Assembly: GCA_963843795.1 (NCBI GenBank) | Contig: CAWJLW010000006.1 | Location: 868,001 to 932,000 of the forward strand | Direction: 5' to 3' | Source: an uncultured bacterium | Lineage (GTDB): Bacteria > Armatimonadota > Abditibacteriia > Abditibacteriales > Abditibacteriaceae | DNA length: 64,000 nucleotides | In this document: piece after piece, positions 51,517-60,827 of the stretch | How positions within the stretch are numbered: position 1 is the first letter of the stretch | Layout: each line of letters opens with the position of its first letter | Program-made: the position numbers and the translations under genes | Notes under the pieces: model-generated | The model's database searches: none | What the model was told of the DNA's origin: nothing | Seen by the model: the letters and a program-made list of their open reading frames with translations, nothing else

Positions 51517-51552
51517 CGCTGCAAGTACTTGCAGCGTCATTTAATAGCGTCT
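51501..51552. terminator. 52-bp perfect palindrome overlapping the 3' ends of two convergent genes
   Basis: AGACGCTATTAAATGACGCTGCAAGT|ACTTGCAGCGTCATTTAATAGCGTCT. Confidence 0.75.
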
Positions 51553-52245
51553 CGTTAGCAAATTTCGATGTTGTTCAAGCCAGCGCGCGGTTTCTGGCGC
51601 CACGCTTTCCCTATTCTGTAAGCGCGCCCACAACGCACGTACATCATCGATTTCATCGACATCGCTCCACGTTTTCAATCGTTGCACTTTCCAATTTAAG
51701 CGCGCGGCGTTTTGCAATACGGGAACGAGCGTGTGGTGTTGCGTCCAATCAATTTCAGCGAAAACTTCGTGCATTGCGTGGCGCGCTCCCCACAACACGA
51801 AGCCGCCATCACGCGCCGGAATTGTCACCGCGTCGAAATTTTGCAAACTTGTCACGGCTTGCTCAATGAAATGCGTTGGCAGATCGGGCGCGTCGGTTCC
51901 GATGAGAAGCACCTCTTTCGCGCTGCGCGCTAACGCCCAATCGCCCGCCGCACTCATTTTGTGGCCCAGATCGCCTGCAGCTTGTAAAACACGCGCTCCC
52001 GTCCAAAATTTGCTCAGCGATGGCTCAGTATCAAAAGCGTCTTGCGGCGTGAAAGCCACAATAGGTAGCAAACCATTTTGCTCTTCTATGACGCGTGCCA
52101 ATGCCAGAGTATCGCGCAACATGGCATGATATAAGCTCGTTGCACTGACGTCTCCGATAACGCGCGCCAAACGCGATTTGACCTGACCTTGGCGCGGCGC
52201 ACGGGCGAAAATCACCAACGCGCCATTGTAAATTTCGAAATTCAT
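51541..52245 (-). CDS. DUF2064/TIGR04282-like glycosyltransferase-fold protein
   Basis: FARAPRQGQVKSRL, GDLG, IGTDAPDL, PARDGGF, SDVDEIDD. Confidence 0.85.
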   Translation of the reverse strand: MNFEIYNGALVIFARAPRQGQVKSRLARVIGDVSATSLYHAMLRDTLALARVIEEQNGLLPIVAFTPQDAFDTEPSLSKFWTGARVLQAAGDLGHKMSAAGDWALARSAKEVLLIGTDAPDLPTHFIEQAVTSLQNFDAVTIPARDGGFVLWGARHAMHEVFAEIDWTQHHTLVPVLQNAARLNWKVQRLKTWSDVDEIDDVRALWARLQNRESVAPETARWLEQHRNLLTRRY

Positions 52246-52359
52246 CGCACGCCTCAATTGATAAAAATTTCAAACAGGGCTTGAAATTTAAACGCGAAAC
52301 CGTTAAAATCTTCGACGTTATCACTCTTTTGCATGAAATCAGTTTTTTGGATAAAAGCC

Positions 52360-53172
52360 ATGTCTAATCAGAATCTATCTTTCGATTTTGCCTCTCCTTC
52401 GTCTACTTCGCGTCCTTCCTCGCGCCGCCAAGCTCGTAGTGCATCACAAGCGGCGCGTGTGCGCTCATCTAAAGACTCTTCACAGACAGACTCTCCAAAT
52501 ACCAAAACTACCGCGCCAAAATCTTCGGATGATGTACCTGTTGCATCTCCGAAATCTAAAGCCACAAAAGCGCTGGTTGCAAAAGAGAAAAACACGAAAC
52601 TTCAAAATGTCGTTGTGCCACCGAGCGCTAAAACTACCACGGCGCGTGGCCGCAAGCCGGAAAAGCAGCCAACCGAATTGTCTACCACACAAGTTTCTGC
52701 TGTGAAGAAAGTGCGCGCCGAAAAAGCGGTGAAGGTGCAAAAAGCAGTGGAAGTGCAAACAGAAAAACCGCTGCCTGAAAAATCGATAACATTACCCAAA
52801 GCCAAACGCGTGCGCGCGCCGAAGAATTTGGCGGCGCAGTATGGCGAAATCGAAAGCGCTAACCAACCGCGCCCGACTGCCGAAATTTTGCTGGAACCGC
52901 CGAAAAAATCGCGGCGAACTGCCAAAGCGCGCGCTAAGCGTCAGGAAGCGATGCAAGTTGACGACGATTTATTGCAACGTTTGGCACGCGTGGGTAGCGC
53001 GTCATCTTTGGTGATCGGCGAACCCGAAACTCCCACTAAAGCGCGGCGTTCGCGCATTTGGGAAGTGATGTGCGGCAAATGCGGCCACGAACAAAAATCT
53101 AAAACTCCGGCCACATTATGCGATGGCTGCGGCACGATTCTTCTGCGTGAAGCGGCGCATATCGAAGATTGA
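52360..53172 (+). CDS. Basic low-complexity protein with C-terminal zinc ribbon
   Basis: Lys/Ser/Arg-rich body, CGKCG...CDGCG at the C-terminus. Confidence 0.65.
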   Translation: MSNQNLSFDFASPSSTSRPSSRRQARSASQAARVRSSKDSSQTDSPNTKTTAPKSSDDVPVASPKSKATKALVAKEKNTKLQNVVVPPSAKTTTARGRKPEKQPTELSTTQVSAVKKVRAEKAVKVQKAVEVQTEKPLPEKSITLPKAKRVRAPKNLAAQYGEIESANQPRPTAEILLEPPKKSRRTAKARAKRQEAMQVDDDLLQRLARVGSASSLVIGEPETPTKARRSRIWEVMCGKCGHEQKSKTPATLCDGCGTILLREAAHIED

Positions 53173-53223
53173 AAAACGCTCTGCAAGTACTTGCAGAGCG
53201 TTTTTTGCTGCAAGTACTTGCAG
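53172..53223. terminator. 34-bp perfect palindrome followed by a second core copy
   Basis: AAAAACGCTCTGCAAGT|ACTTGCAGAGCGTTTTT, then CTGCAAGTACTTGCAG (53208-53223). Confidence 0.8.
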
Positions 53224-53292
53224 TCCATCTGACACAAAAAGTGCCGCGGCTTTTCCTATTCTTAACAGCCAACTTTGCTTCACAGGATTATT

Positions 53293-54100
53293 ATGATTCG
53301 CTTTTCTTCACGCTTTGCCGCCGCGACCTTGCTTCTCGCTACGACCGTTTTTGCGCTGGTGCCGCGTGCTCAAACTCAGAACAACACGCCCAAAGAGGGC
53401 TGGATCAGCTTGTTCAACGGGCGCGATTTAACGGGCTGGACGCCGAAAATTAAAGGTTATAAATTGGGCGATAACTTCGCCAATACCTTTCGTGTGGAAG
53501 ATGGTGCGATCAAAGTGCGCTACGATGGCTACGATAAATTCGATGACAAATTTGGGCATCTTTTTTATAAAACGCCCTATTTCCATTATCGCTTGCGTGT
53601 CGAATATCGTTTTGTTGGTGAGCAAGCGCCTGGCGGTCCTGGCTGGGCCACGCGCAACAGCGGCATTATGATTCACGGCCAAACTCCTGAAAGTATGGGC
53701 AAAGATCAAGATTTTCCGGTTTCCTTGGAAGTGCAACTGCTGGGTGGTAACGGCAAAGACGAACGCTCCACCTCCAATTTGTGCACGCCGGGCACAGTGG
53801 TGGTGAAAGATGGAAAATTATTTACCGATCACTGTACTGAATTCGTCGTCGAAAACTTATCACGGTGAGGAATGGGTCACGGCGGAAGTCGAAGTTCATG
53901 GTAACGGAACCATCAAGCACATCATGGAAGGAAAAACTGTGCTGGAATACGAAAAGCCGCAGCTCGACCCCAACGACAATGACGCTAAAGCGCTCATCAA
54001 AGATGGCAATGTCATGTTGAGTGGCGGCTCGATTTCATTGCAATCGGAGAGTCATCCCGTCGAATTTCGCAAGGTCGAAATCTGGCCGCTGGAAAAATAA
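53293..54100 (+). pseudogene. DUF1080 (3-keto-disaccharide hydrolase-like) protein with +1 frameshift near 53839
   Basis: WISLFNGRDLTGW, NSGI, EVQL in the first frame and NSSSKTYHGEEW...ISLQSESHPVEFRKV in the second. Possibly a sequencing error. Confidence 0.82.
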
Positions 54101-54123
54101 ATCAGTTTGAGAAAACCAATTTT

Positions 54124-54814
54124 TTAAACGAAATTTCCATCGCGCATGGTGCGAATTTCGTCGGCAATTGCGGCGGCTTCGCGCGAATGTGTCACCATTA
54201 CAACCGTATGCTCTCCATCGCGCGTCAAAGCGCGCAACGCTTCCAACACGTCTTGTGCCGATTGAGAATCCAAATTGCCGGTCGGCTCATCGGCTAAAAA
54301 GTACTTGCGGCTGGTTAATCAGAGCGCGCGCGACTGCCACTCGCTGCATTTCGCCACCGGATAATAGCGACGCTTGCTGCTGCAATCTATCGCCTAATCC
54401 GACCGAAATTAGCAATTTTTCGGCACGCTGCAACGTTTCGCGGCGTGGCTTGCCCGCCAAAAGCGCGGGCAGAGCGGCGTTTTCTATCACAGTCAATAAC
54501 GGAAGCAAATTGAAAAATTGAAACACGATGCCGACCGTATCGCGGCGATAACGCGTGAAAGCGGTTTCATCGAAAGTTTCTAATCTTTGTCCGGCTACAC
54601 ACATTTGCCCGCTATCGGGCGCATCCAAACCACCCAATAAATTCAGTAACGTGCTTTTGCCGCAACCGCTGCGTCCGACAATTGCCAAGAATTTGCCGCG
54701 TTCAACTTGCAAATCGACATTTTGCAAAGCGCGCACTTCGCGTTGATTGGCTTCTTCGTCGATGCGATAACTTTTGCACACCGCGCGCAAATCAATGGCA
54801 GAATTCGATTCCAT
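54124..54814 (-). pseudogene. LolD/MacB-type ABC ATP-binding protein with +1 frameshift in the A5 run 54296-54300
   Basis: GRSGCGKST and LSGGEMQR. Removing one base restores Walker B QVLLADEPTGNLDS...VMVTHS... to the stop at 54124. Confidence 0.85.
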
Positions 54815-54820
54815 AAATCA

Positions 54821-55957
54821 TTAATTTTTCAAGAAAATATCACCATCATTGCCCGCAATTGAATGTGCGCGCGCGATTTTTTCCGTCGCGCGACTCTGGC
54901 GATTAGCAGCGAATGCAACCTCGACCGGCTTGTTGCCCATCGGATTGTAAACGACGGTGCCATTTTCAAATTCGCGTCGCCAACTGCCATCTTGTTGGGG
55001 CGCGCCCGCGCCGGTCGCGCGGCCCAAGCCTTGATTCCAGAAATTGTACCAATCGTGCAAATGATCGGGCGTGGGCAGTGGATTTGGGTCGGAAAACAAA
55101 GCGTAGCCATCGGATTGCGTTAATGTTAACGTGGTGATGGCGCGCATCAGGTTCAAATCTTGGCGCGATTGATGAAACCAGCTTTCCACACAATTAATGC
55201 GCGGATTTTTAAGGTGGGTTTCGGCCCAGCGCAGCGTGTCGCCGATGCGCTGCCAATCTTCGGCGGTTTGGCTGCGGTAACATTCCATGAAATAGCCGTT
55301 GATGTAAGGCGCGGTTTGTGGCGTTTGGCGGTCGTTCGCGTTGACCAGAATCAGCGCTTTTTCGCCGATGGCTTTGCGAATTTTCTGCACCAGTTGTAAG
55401 CGCGCGGCATCGTCTTCCCACCAATCCAGCATCACGCCGTCCAAAACGCCCGATGCAACAGCGGCTTTGGCTTGCTGCGCGACATGATCTTGAAATTCTG
55501 GACCAGCAAAATCGAGCTTGATATAGCTGCCTTCTTCCCAACCCATTTCCAGCTTGCCGTTTTGGTCGCGCTTCCACCAGCGATGGTTTTCTGGCAAATA
55601 AGAACGATGCGCGTCGCGATAGCGAATTTCCGCGAACATCAGCAAATTCGGATTTAATTGCAACAAGGTTTGTCGTTTGGCACGCGCACTTACAAGGCTT
55701 TGCGGCGTGAATTCGGTCGCCAGACCCTCGTGTTGTTGCTGCCACTGCAAACCGAAAAAACTGGGTGAATGAAAAACCAGGTCGTGGCGCGCTAATGTGT
55801 TGTCTTTGTCTTCAGCGGGCAGATTATCGGCGGGATTCCACGCTTGAAAAATTGATGGGAAAGTGCGTTGTTCGATGTGTCGCCGTATGAGTTCTTGAGC
55901 TTTCCCAACAGGAAGCCAAAGCAAAGTCAGAATTAGAACAAAGAAAAATCGCTTCAT
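54821..55957 (-). CDS. Secreted putative glycoside hydrolase (TIM-barrel, GHL15-like)
   Basis: Signal peptide, LDGVMLD, C-terminal WRREFENGTVVYNP. Confidence 0.65.
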   Translation of the reverse strand: MKRFFFVLILTLLWLPVGKAQELIRRHIEQRTFPSIFQAWNPADNLPAEDKDNTLARHDLVFHSPSFFGLQWQQQHEGLATEFTPQSLVSARAKRQTLLQLNPNLLMFAEIRYRDAHRSYLPENHRWWKRDQNGKLEMGWEEGSYIKLDFAGPEFQDHVAQQAKAAVASGVLDGVMLDWWEDDAARLQLVQKIRKAIGEKALILVNANDRQTPQTAPYINGYFMECYRSQTAEDWQRIGDTLRWAETHLKNPRINCVESWFHQSRQDLNLMRAITTLTLTQSDGYALFSDPNPLPTPDHLHDWYNFWNQGLGRATGAGAPQQDGSWRREFENGTVVYNPMGNKPVEVAFAANRQSRATEKIARAHSIAGNDGDIFLKN

Positions 55958-55990
55958 AGAACCTCTGCAAGTACTTGCAACGCACAATAT

Positions 55991-56458
55991 CTATCGTGCA
56001 TCGTTGAAATCGTAAAGTGGCGCGCTTTCGCCGCGCAACAAAGGACGCAAGGCGGACGGAATTAAATTGCGCTCGTCGATTTGCGATAACGGCAGCCAGA
56101 CGAAATTCTTCTGCGCTTCGGGACTATAAACGCCTTTTGAGGTTTCTTTCAACTCGCTTTCCAATGCGGCGCGAAAAAATAGCACGATTTCGTGGCGCTG
56201 CTGCGTACAATTTTTACCACCAAGATATTTTTGCTCCGAAACGAACGCCAGATCGCCAACAGAAATTTGACCTTCTAATTCCTCGACGATTTCGCGTTGA
56301 AGAGCGAATTTACAATCTTCGCCCGGATCGACATGCCCGCCGGGCAGCGCGCAATACGGGCGGCCCAGCGGGTCTTGCGATGAATTGACTAAAACGCAAC
56401 CGTCGCGCAGCAGAATCGCGCGCGCGATAAGATGATGAGACGAGTCGGATGAACTCAT
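55991..56458 (-). CDS. NUDIX hydrolase
   Basis: LPGGHVDPGE....ALQREIVEELEG Nudix box. Confidence 0.9.
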   Translation of the reverse strand: MSSSDSSHHLIARAILLRDGCVLVNSSQDPLGRPYCALPGGHVDPGEDCKFALQREIVEELEGQISVGDLAFVSEQKYLGGKNCTQQRHEIVLFFRAALESELKETSKGVYSPEAQKNFVWLPLSQIDERNLIPSALRPLLRGESAPLYDFNDAR

Positions 56459-56497
56459 AAAGTGAAATCGTGGGGTGCAAGTACTTGCAGGGAATTA

Positions 56498-58012
56498 TTA
56501 GGCGCTCAGGGCTGCAAAAGAATCTTTCAAGGCCGGATAAAGCGCGCGATAGGTTTGGTATTGCTTTTCGTAAATGCGGGCGCTTTCTTCGATCACTGGT
56601 GTCGAAGACACGACTTTAATGACGTTTGAACAAGCTTCTTCGACGCTGCTGTAAAGATTGGCGCCCACACCCGCCAAAAGCGCCGCGCCCAGAGCAGGCC
56701 CTTCATCGACGTTAATCGTGGAAAGCGGAAAATTAAACGTGTCGGCTTGAATTTGTCGCCACAAAGTCGAACGCGCGCCGCCGCCCGAAGCACGCACGTT
56801 ACCGATAGACACGTTCATGCTTTGCAAGATTTCCAGATTGTCGCGCAAGCCAAACGCCACACCTTCCATTACCGCACGCGCCAGATGGCCTTTGCCGTGG
56901 CGCACAGTCAAACCAATCCACGCGCCACGCGCGTTCGGGTCGGGATGGGGTGTGCGTTCGCCGGTGAGATAGGGCAAAAATACCAGGCCTTCGCTGCCCG
57001 CAGGTATGCGCTCGGCCTCGCGCGCGATCAATTCATACGGGTCAATGCCAATCAGGCTGGCCACGCGCTTTTCCGCTGAACACAGTTCGTCGCGATACCA
57101 GCGCAAACTTCCGCCTGCCGAAAGCATCACGCCCATAACGTGCCATTTATTTGGCACTGCGTGACAAAACGTGTGCACGCGCAAAGCCGGATCGACGGTG
57201 GGCTTATCGGCGAAAGCGAAAACGACGCCGGAAGTTCCCGTTGTGACGGAAATAATGCCGCTCTGCACGATGCCATTCCCGACTGCGCCTGCTGCTTGGT
57301 CGCCGCCGCCGCCGACAATTGGTGTGCCGACTTTTAAACCCGTAGCGCGCGCACCGATTTCGGAAACCGCGCCGGAAACTTCGCACGATTCATAAACTTC
57401 GGGCAGAAAATTCTTGTCGATTTGCAGCGCGCTTAAAACCTTATCGCTCCACTGGCGTTCGGGCACATTCAGCAGACTGGTGCCTGAAGCATCGGAAACT
57501 TCGGTCGCGAAAGCGCCGCTGAGGCGCAGACGAACGTAATCTTTGGGCAGCAAGTACTTGCGGGCGCGCTCATAGATTTCGGGCTCATGGTCGCGCACCC
57601 AGATAATTTTTGGCGCGGTGAAACCAGTCAAAACCGGATTGCAGGTTTCTTCAACCAAAGTTTCGCGCCCAACCGTTTCGGTAATCCAATCGCATTGCTT
57701 TTGGGTGCGCTGGTCGCACCACAAAATCGCCGGACGCAGTGGCTTATCTTCGGTATCGAGCATCACCAGACCGTGCATCTGGCCCGATAAACCGATACCA
57801 GCGATTTCATTAGCGGGAATTTCGGACGTGATTTGCTGCAAACATTGGCAGGTCGCGTCCCACCAATCGTCGGCGTTTTGCTCGGCCCAGAATGGTCGCG
57901 GTGTGAGCAGTGGATATTCACGCGTCGCGCTGGAGGCGAGATTTCCGCGTTCGTCGATTGCGATCACTTTGGTGCCGCTAGTGCCAATGTCAATGCCCAA
58001 AAGATAAGCCAT
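56498..58012 (-). CDS. xylB: Xylulokinase
   Basis: GIDIGTSG, SGQMHG, LPKDY, SDASGT, FLPYLTGERTPH, GGGARS.LW.QI.AD. Confidence 0.92.
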   Translation of the reverse strand: MAYLLGIDIGTSGTKVIAIDERGNLASSATREYPLLTPRPFWAEQNADDWWDATCQCLQQITSEIPANEIAGIGLSGQMHGLVMLDTEDKPLRPAILWCDQRTQKQCDWITETVGRETLVEETCNPVLTGFTAPKIIWVRDHEPEIYERARKYLLPKDYVRLRLSGAFATEVSDASGTSLLNVPERQWSDKVLSALQIDKNFLPEVYESCEVSGAVSEIGARATGLKVGTPIVGGGGDQAAGAVGNGIVQSGIISVTTGTSGVVFAFADKPTVDPALRVHTFCHAVPNKWHVMGVMLSAGGSLRWYRDELCSAEKRVASLIGIDPYELIAREAERIPAGSEGLVFLPYLTGERTPHPDPNARGAWIGLTVRHGKGHLARAVMEGVAFGLRDNLEILQSMNVSIGNVRASGGGARSTLWRQIQADTFNFPLSTINVDEGPALGAALLAGVGANLYSSVEEACSNVIKVVSSTPVIEESARIYEKQYQTYRALYPALKDSFAALSA

Positions 58013-58132
58013 ATTGATTCCTTTTCTGTAAACATCTTTATTCTACAAACATATTTCGCGCGATGTTTCGCTGCGCGAATCGGCACGAAAATCGGTTTGA
58101 ACTGTCATACTTGTTACAAGGAGAAAAACAAT

Positions 58133-59182
58133 ATGGCCAAAGATGCTTTTGACTTAAACGAACTCAAGGCCGCCTTCGGTGACCTTAAACGTTCGGCGAC
58201 TGGAGGCGGTGGTGCGTCTGGCGGCCCGACTATTGAAGCACGGCGCGGAGGTGGTTTTCCCTGGGCCATTGTACTGCCGCTGATTATTGTGGCTTGGTTG
58301 CTACTGCAATCATTCGTCGTGGTTGGCGCAGGCGAACGCGCGGTAATTTTTAATCGATTTCGTGGCGTGCAAAAGGGAGAATTGGGCGAAGGTTTGCATT
58401 TTCTGTTGCCCTTCGTACAATACCCCACGATTTACGATGTGAAAACCCAGACTTACACCATGAGCGCCGATAAAAACGAATCGAATTCGACTATAGGCAA
58501 TGCCAGCGACGCACTGAGCGCGCTCACTGCCGACGGTTTGCCGGTTTCTTTAGAACTTTCGGTTCAATTTCATCCCGATCCCGCGCACATCGACCGCTTG
58601 CACGAAAATATTGGGCCGATGTATATCGACCGCGTGGTGCGTCCGCAAACCCGCTCTCATGTGCGGATGGTGGTTTCGCAATACACAGTGACCGATGTTT
58701 ACGGTGCGCGGCGCGCGAAAATCATCGAAGAAATCAATACCCGCTTGCGCGACTTATTCAAGGAAAACGACATCGTTTTGGAAAACGCTCTCTTGCGCGA
58801 CGTGAGTTTTAGTACGCAATTTCAACAGGCGATTGAAGAAAAACAGGTCGCGCAACAGCAGGTTCAGCGCATGACTTATGTTTTGGATCAGGCCGACAAA
58901 GAACGGCGCCGTCGCATCATCGAAGCTGAAGGCGAAGCGCAAAGCATTCGTCTCAAGGCGCGCGCGCTGTCCAAAAATCCGCAATTGACACAATACGAAT
59001 ACGTCGAAGGTTTGCCCGATAACGTGCGCACAGTTGTGACCGATAATCGCACCATTATCAACATGAACGACATCGAGCCAGGCACGAGCAGCGGCACCCG
59101 GCGCGGCAGCGCGGCGGCAGTTGCAGCGGAAACGCCCGACACACCCGCTAACACTGCGTCCAACACTGGAGGTTCACAATGA
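58133..59182 (+). CDS. Prohibitin/SPFH (band 7) membrane protein
   Basis: AGGAG RBS, TM helix, VGAGERAVIF, LGEGLHF, AIEEKQVAQQ, AEGEAQSI. Confidence 0.9.
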   Translation: MAKDAFDLNELKAAFGDLKRSATGGGGASGGPTIEARRGGGFPWAIVLPLIIVAWLLLQSFVVVGAGERAVIFNRFRGVQKGELGEGLHFLLPFVQYPTIYDVKTQTYTMSADKNESNSTIGNASDALSALTADGLPVSLELSVQFHPDPAHIDRLHENIGPMYIDRVVRPQTRSHVRMVVSQYTVTDVYGARRAKIIEEINTRLRDLFKENDIVLENALLRDVSFSTQFQQAIEEKQVAQQQVQRMTYVLDQADKERRRRIIEAEGEAQSIRLKARALSKNPQLTQYEYVEGLPDNVRTVVTDNRTIINMNDIEPGTSSGTRRGSAAAVAAETPDTPANTASNTGGSQ

Positions 59183-60030
59183 ACGCACAAAAACAATCCC
59201 GCGCGACTTCGATTCTGATCGGCTTGTTCGTTTTATTCGTGGTCTTTCGCATGATTAATCCGCTGATTACAGTCGGCGCGGGTGAACGCGCTGTTGTGTT
59301 CTCCTTGAGCGGCGGCACCCGACAAGGGCAATTGAATGAGGGCACGCATCTAATCATCCCATTTTTGCAACGCGCAGTCTTTTACGACACACGCGTGCAG
59401 ACTTACACGATGAGCGGCACCAACTGGGAAGGCGAAATCAAGGGCGACGATTCCTTGAAAGTTTTGACCAGCGACGGGCAGGAAGTGAAAATTGAAATGT
59501 CAGTGCGCTTTCATCCCGACCGTGACAAGATTTTTCAGTTACACCAGCGCGTCGGACAAGATTACGTCAATAAAATCATCCGGCCTGCCGTGCGCTCACA
59601 GACGCGTGTCGTGATCGCGTCTTATCCGGTAAGCGATGTATATTCGACCAAGCGCACCGAAATCGAGCAGAAAATCGGGCAGGGTTTGAAGGCCGAATTG
59701 GGCCGCAGCGATATCGTTCTGGATGAAGTGTTACTACGTGATGTAGCGTTTTCCGACGCCTATGCCACAGCCATTGAAGGCAAGCAGATCGCGCAGCAGC
59801 AAGCGCAGAAAATGCAGTATGTTTTGCAAACCGCACAAAAGGAAAAAGAACAGCGCATTCTGCAGGCCGAAGGCGAAGCGCGCGCTATCGAATTGAAAGG
59901 CCAAGCCATCGCGCAAAATAGCCGCGTGGTGCAGTACGAATATGCGCGCAAAATCGCGCCTAACGTCGGCACGATTATTACCGATGGCAAAAACGTTCAA
60001 GTTCCGTTTGCGGCACCGGCACCTAAATAA
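59179..60030 (+). CDS. Prohibitin/SPFH (band 7) membrane protein, tandem paralog
   Basis: VGAGERAVVF, AIEGKQIAQQ, AEGEARAI. ATGA overlap with the upstream gene. Confidence 0.9.
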   Translation: MNAQKQSRATSILIGLFVLFVVFRMINPLITVGAGERAVVFSLSGGTRQGQLNEGTHLIIPFLQRAVFYDTRVQTYTMSGTNWEGEIKGDDSLKVLTSDGQEVKIEMSVRFHPDRDKIFQLHQRVGQDYVNKIIRPAVRSQTRVVIASYPVSDVYSTKRTEIEQKIGQGLKAELGRSDIVLDEVLLRDVAFSDAYATAIEGKQIAQQQAQKMQYVLQTAQKEKEQRILQAEGEARAIELKGQAIAQNSRVVQYEYARKIAPNVGTIITDGKNVQVPFAAPAPK

Positions 60031-60054
60031 AGGGATTGTGTAATTTCGCCAGTT

Positions 60055-60345
60055 ATGCTTTTAAATGACGCCCAAATTGACGCCGTAACTTCCGCGCTCG
60101 ATGGCTGGAAACGCGATGACAACCAATTGAGTAAGACCTTTAAATTTCGCACCTTCGCTTCCGCGATGACATGGGTCAATCGCGTGGCACAGTTGGCCGA
60201 AGAAACTGACCATCATCCTGACATCGACATTCGATACAACGAAGTCACGCTGCACCTGACAACGCATTCGCACGGTGGTATCACGGAAAAAGACGCGTTT
60301 CTGGCTGAACTGATTGATGATTTGCCCGGCGAACACGAAGAATAA
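60055..60345 (+). CDS. phhB: Pterin-4-alpha-carbinolamine dehydratase
   Basis: DHHPDIDIRYNEV, LTTHSHGGITEKD. Confidence 0.9.
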   Translation: MLLNDAQIDAVTSALDGWKRDDNQLSKTFKFRTFASAMTWVNRVAQLAEETDHHPDIDIRYNEVTLHLTTHSHGGITEKDAFLAELIDDLPGEHEE

Positions 60346-60368
60346 ACAGAGCTGATCAGGAGATTTTT

Positions 60369-60758
60369 ATGTCTCAAAACGCCGTGTTTAAAACCGCTGC
60401 ACCTTATGCTGAAGATGCTCTGAATTTGCCGGTGAAAAATTTGGAAGCCGCGCTGCCATTTTACGAAGCCGTGATGGGATTTCAGGTGGTTTCGCGCGCC
60501 AATTCGCCGCATAAGTCGGCAATTTTAGGCCGCGATAATATCCAAATTGGCCTTGCCGAAAACGGTGGCGATCCGGAACAGGAAGGTTGTTTTTTCGAAG
60601 TGAACAACGCCGAAGCCACGTTTGCCGAATTAAAATCGAATGGTTTGAATCAAGATGAAGTCAATTTTCGCATCGACCAGCACGGCGAAACTTCCTACAA
60701 AGTTTTCTTCGTTGTAGCGCCCGATGGACTGTGCTATTGTCTGGGCGAACGTCAATGA
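60369..60758 (+). CDS. VOC/glyoxalase family protein
   Basis: LPVKNLEAALPFYEAVMGF, FFVVAPDG. Confidence 0.8.
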   Translation: MSQNAVFKTAAPYAEDALNLPVKNLEAALPFYEAVMGFQVVSRANSPHKSAILGRDNIQIGLAENGGDPEQEGCFFEVNNAEATFAELKSNGLNQDEVNFRIDQHGETSYKVFFVVAPDGLCYCLGERQ

Positions 60759-60767
60759 TGTAAAGGC

Positions 60768-60823
60768 TCTGACAACAAAAAAGCGCTGTGCAAGTACTTG
60801 CACAGCGCTTTTTTGTTGTCAGA
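60768..60823. terminator. 56-bp perfect palindrome between convergent genes
   Basis: TCTGACAACAAAAAAGCGCTGTGCAAGT|ACTTGCACAGCGCTTTTTTGTTGTCAGA. Confidence 0.85.
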
Positions 60824-60827
60824 ATGT

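Noticed and set aside
58133..60030. Tandem SPFH paralogs as a novel system
   Set aside because: Paired SPFH genes are a common arrangement.
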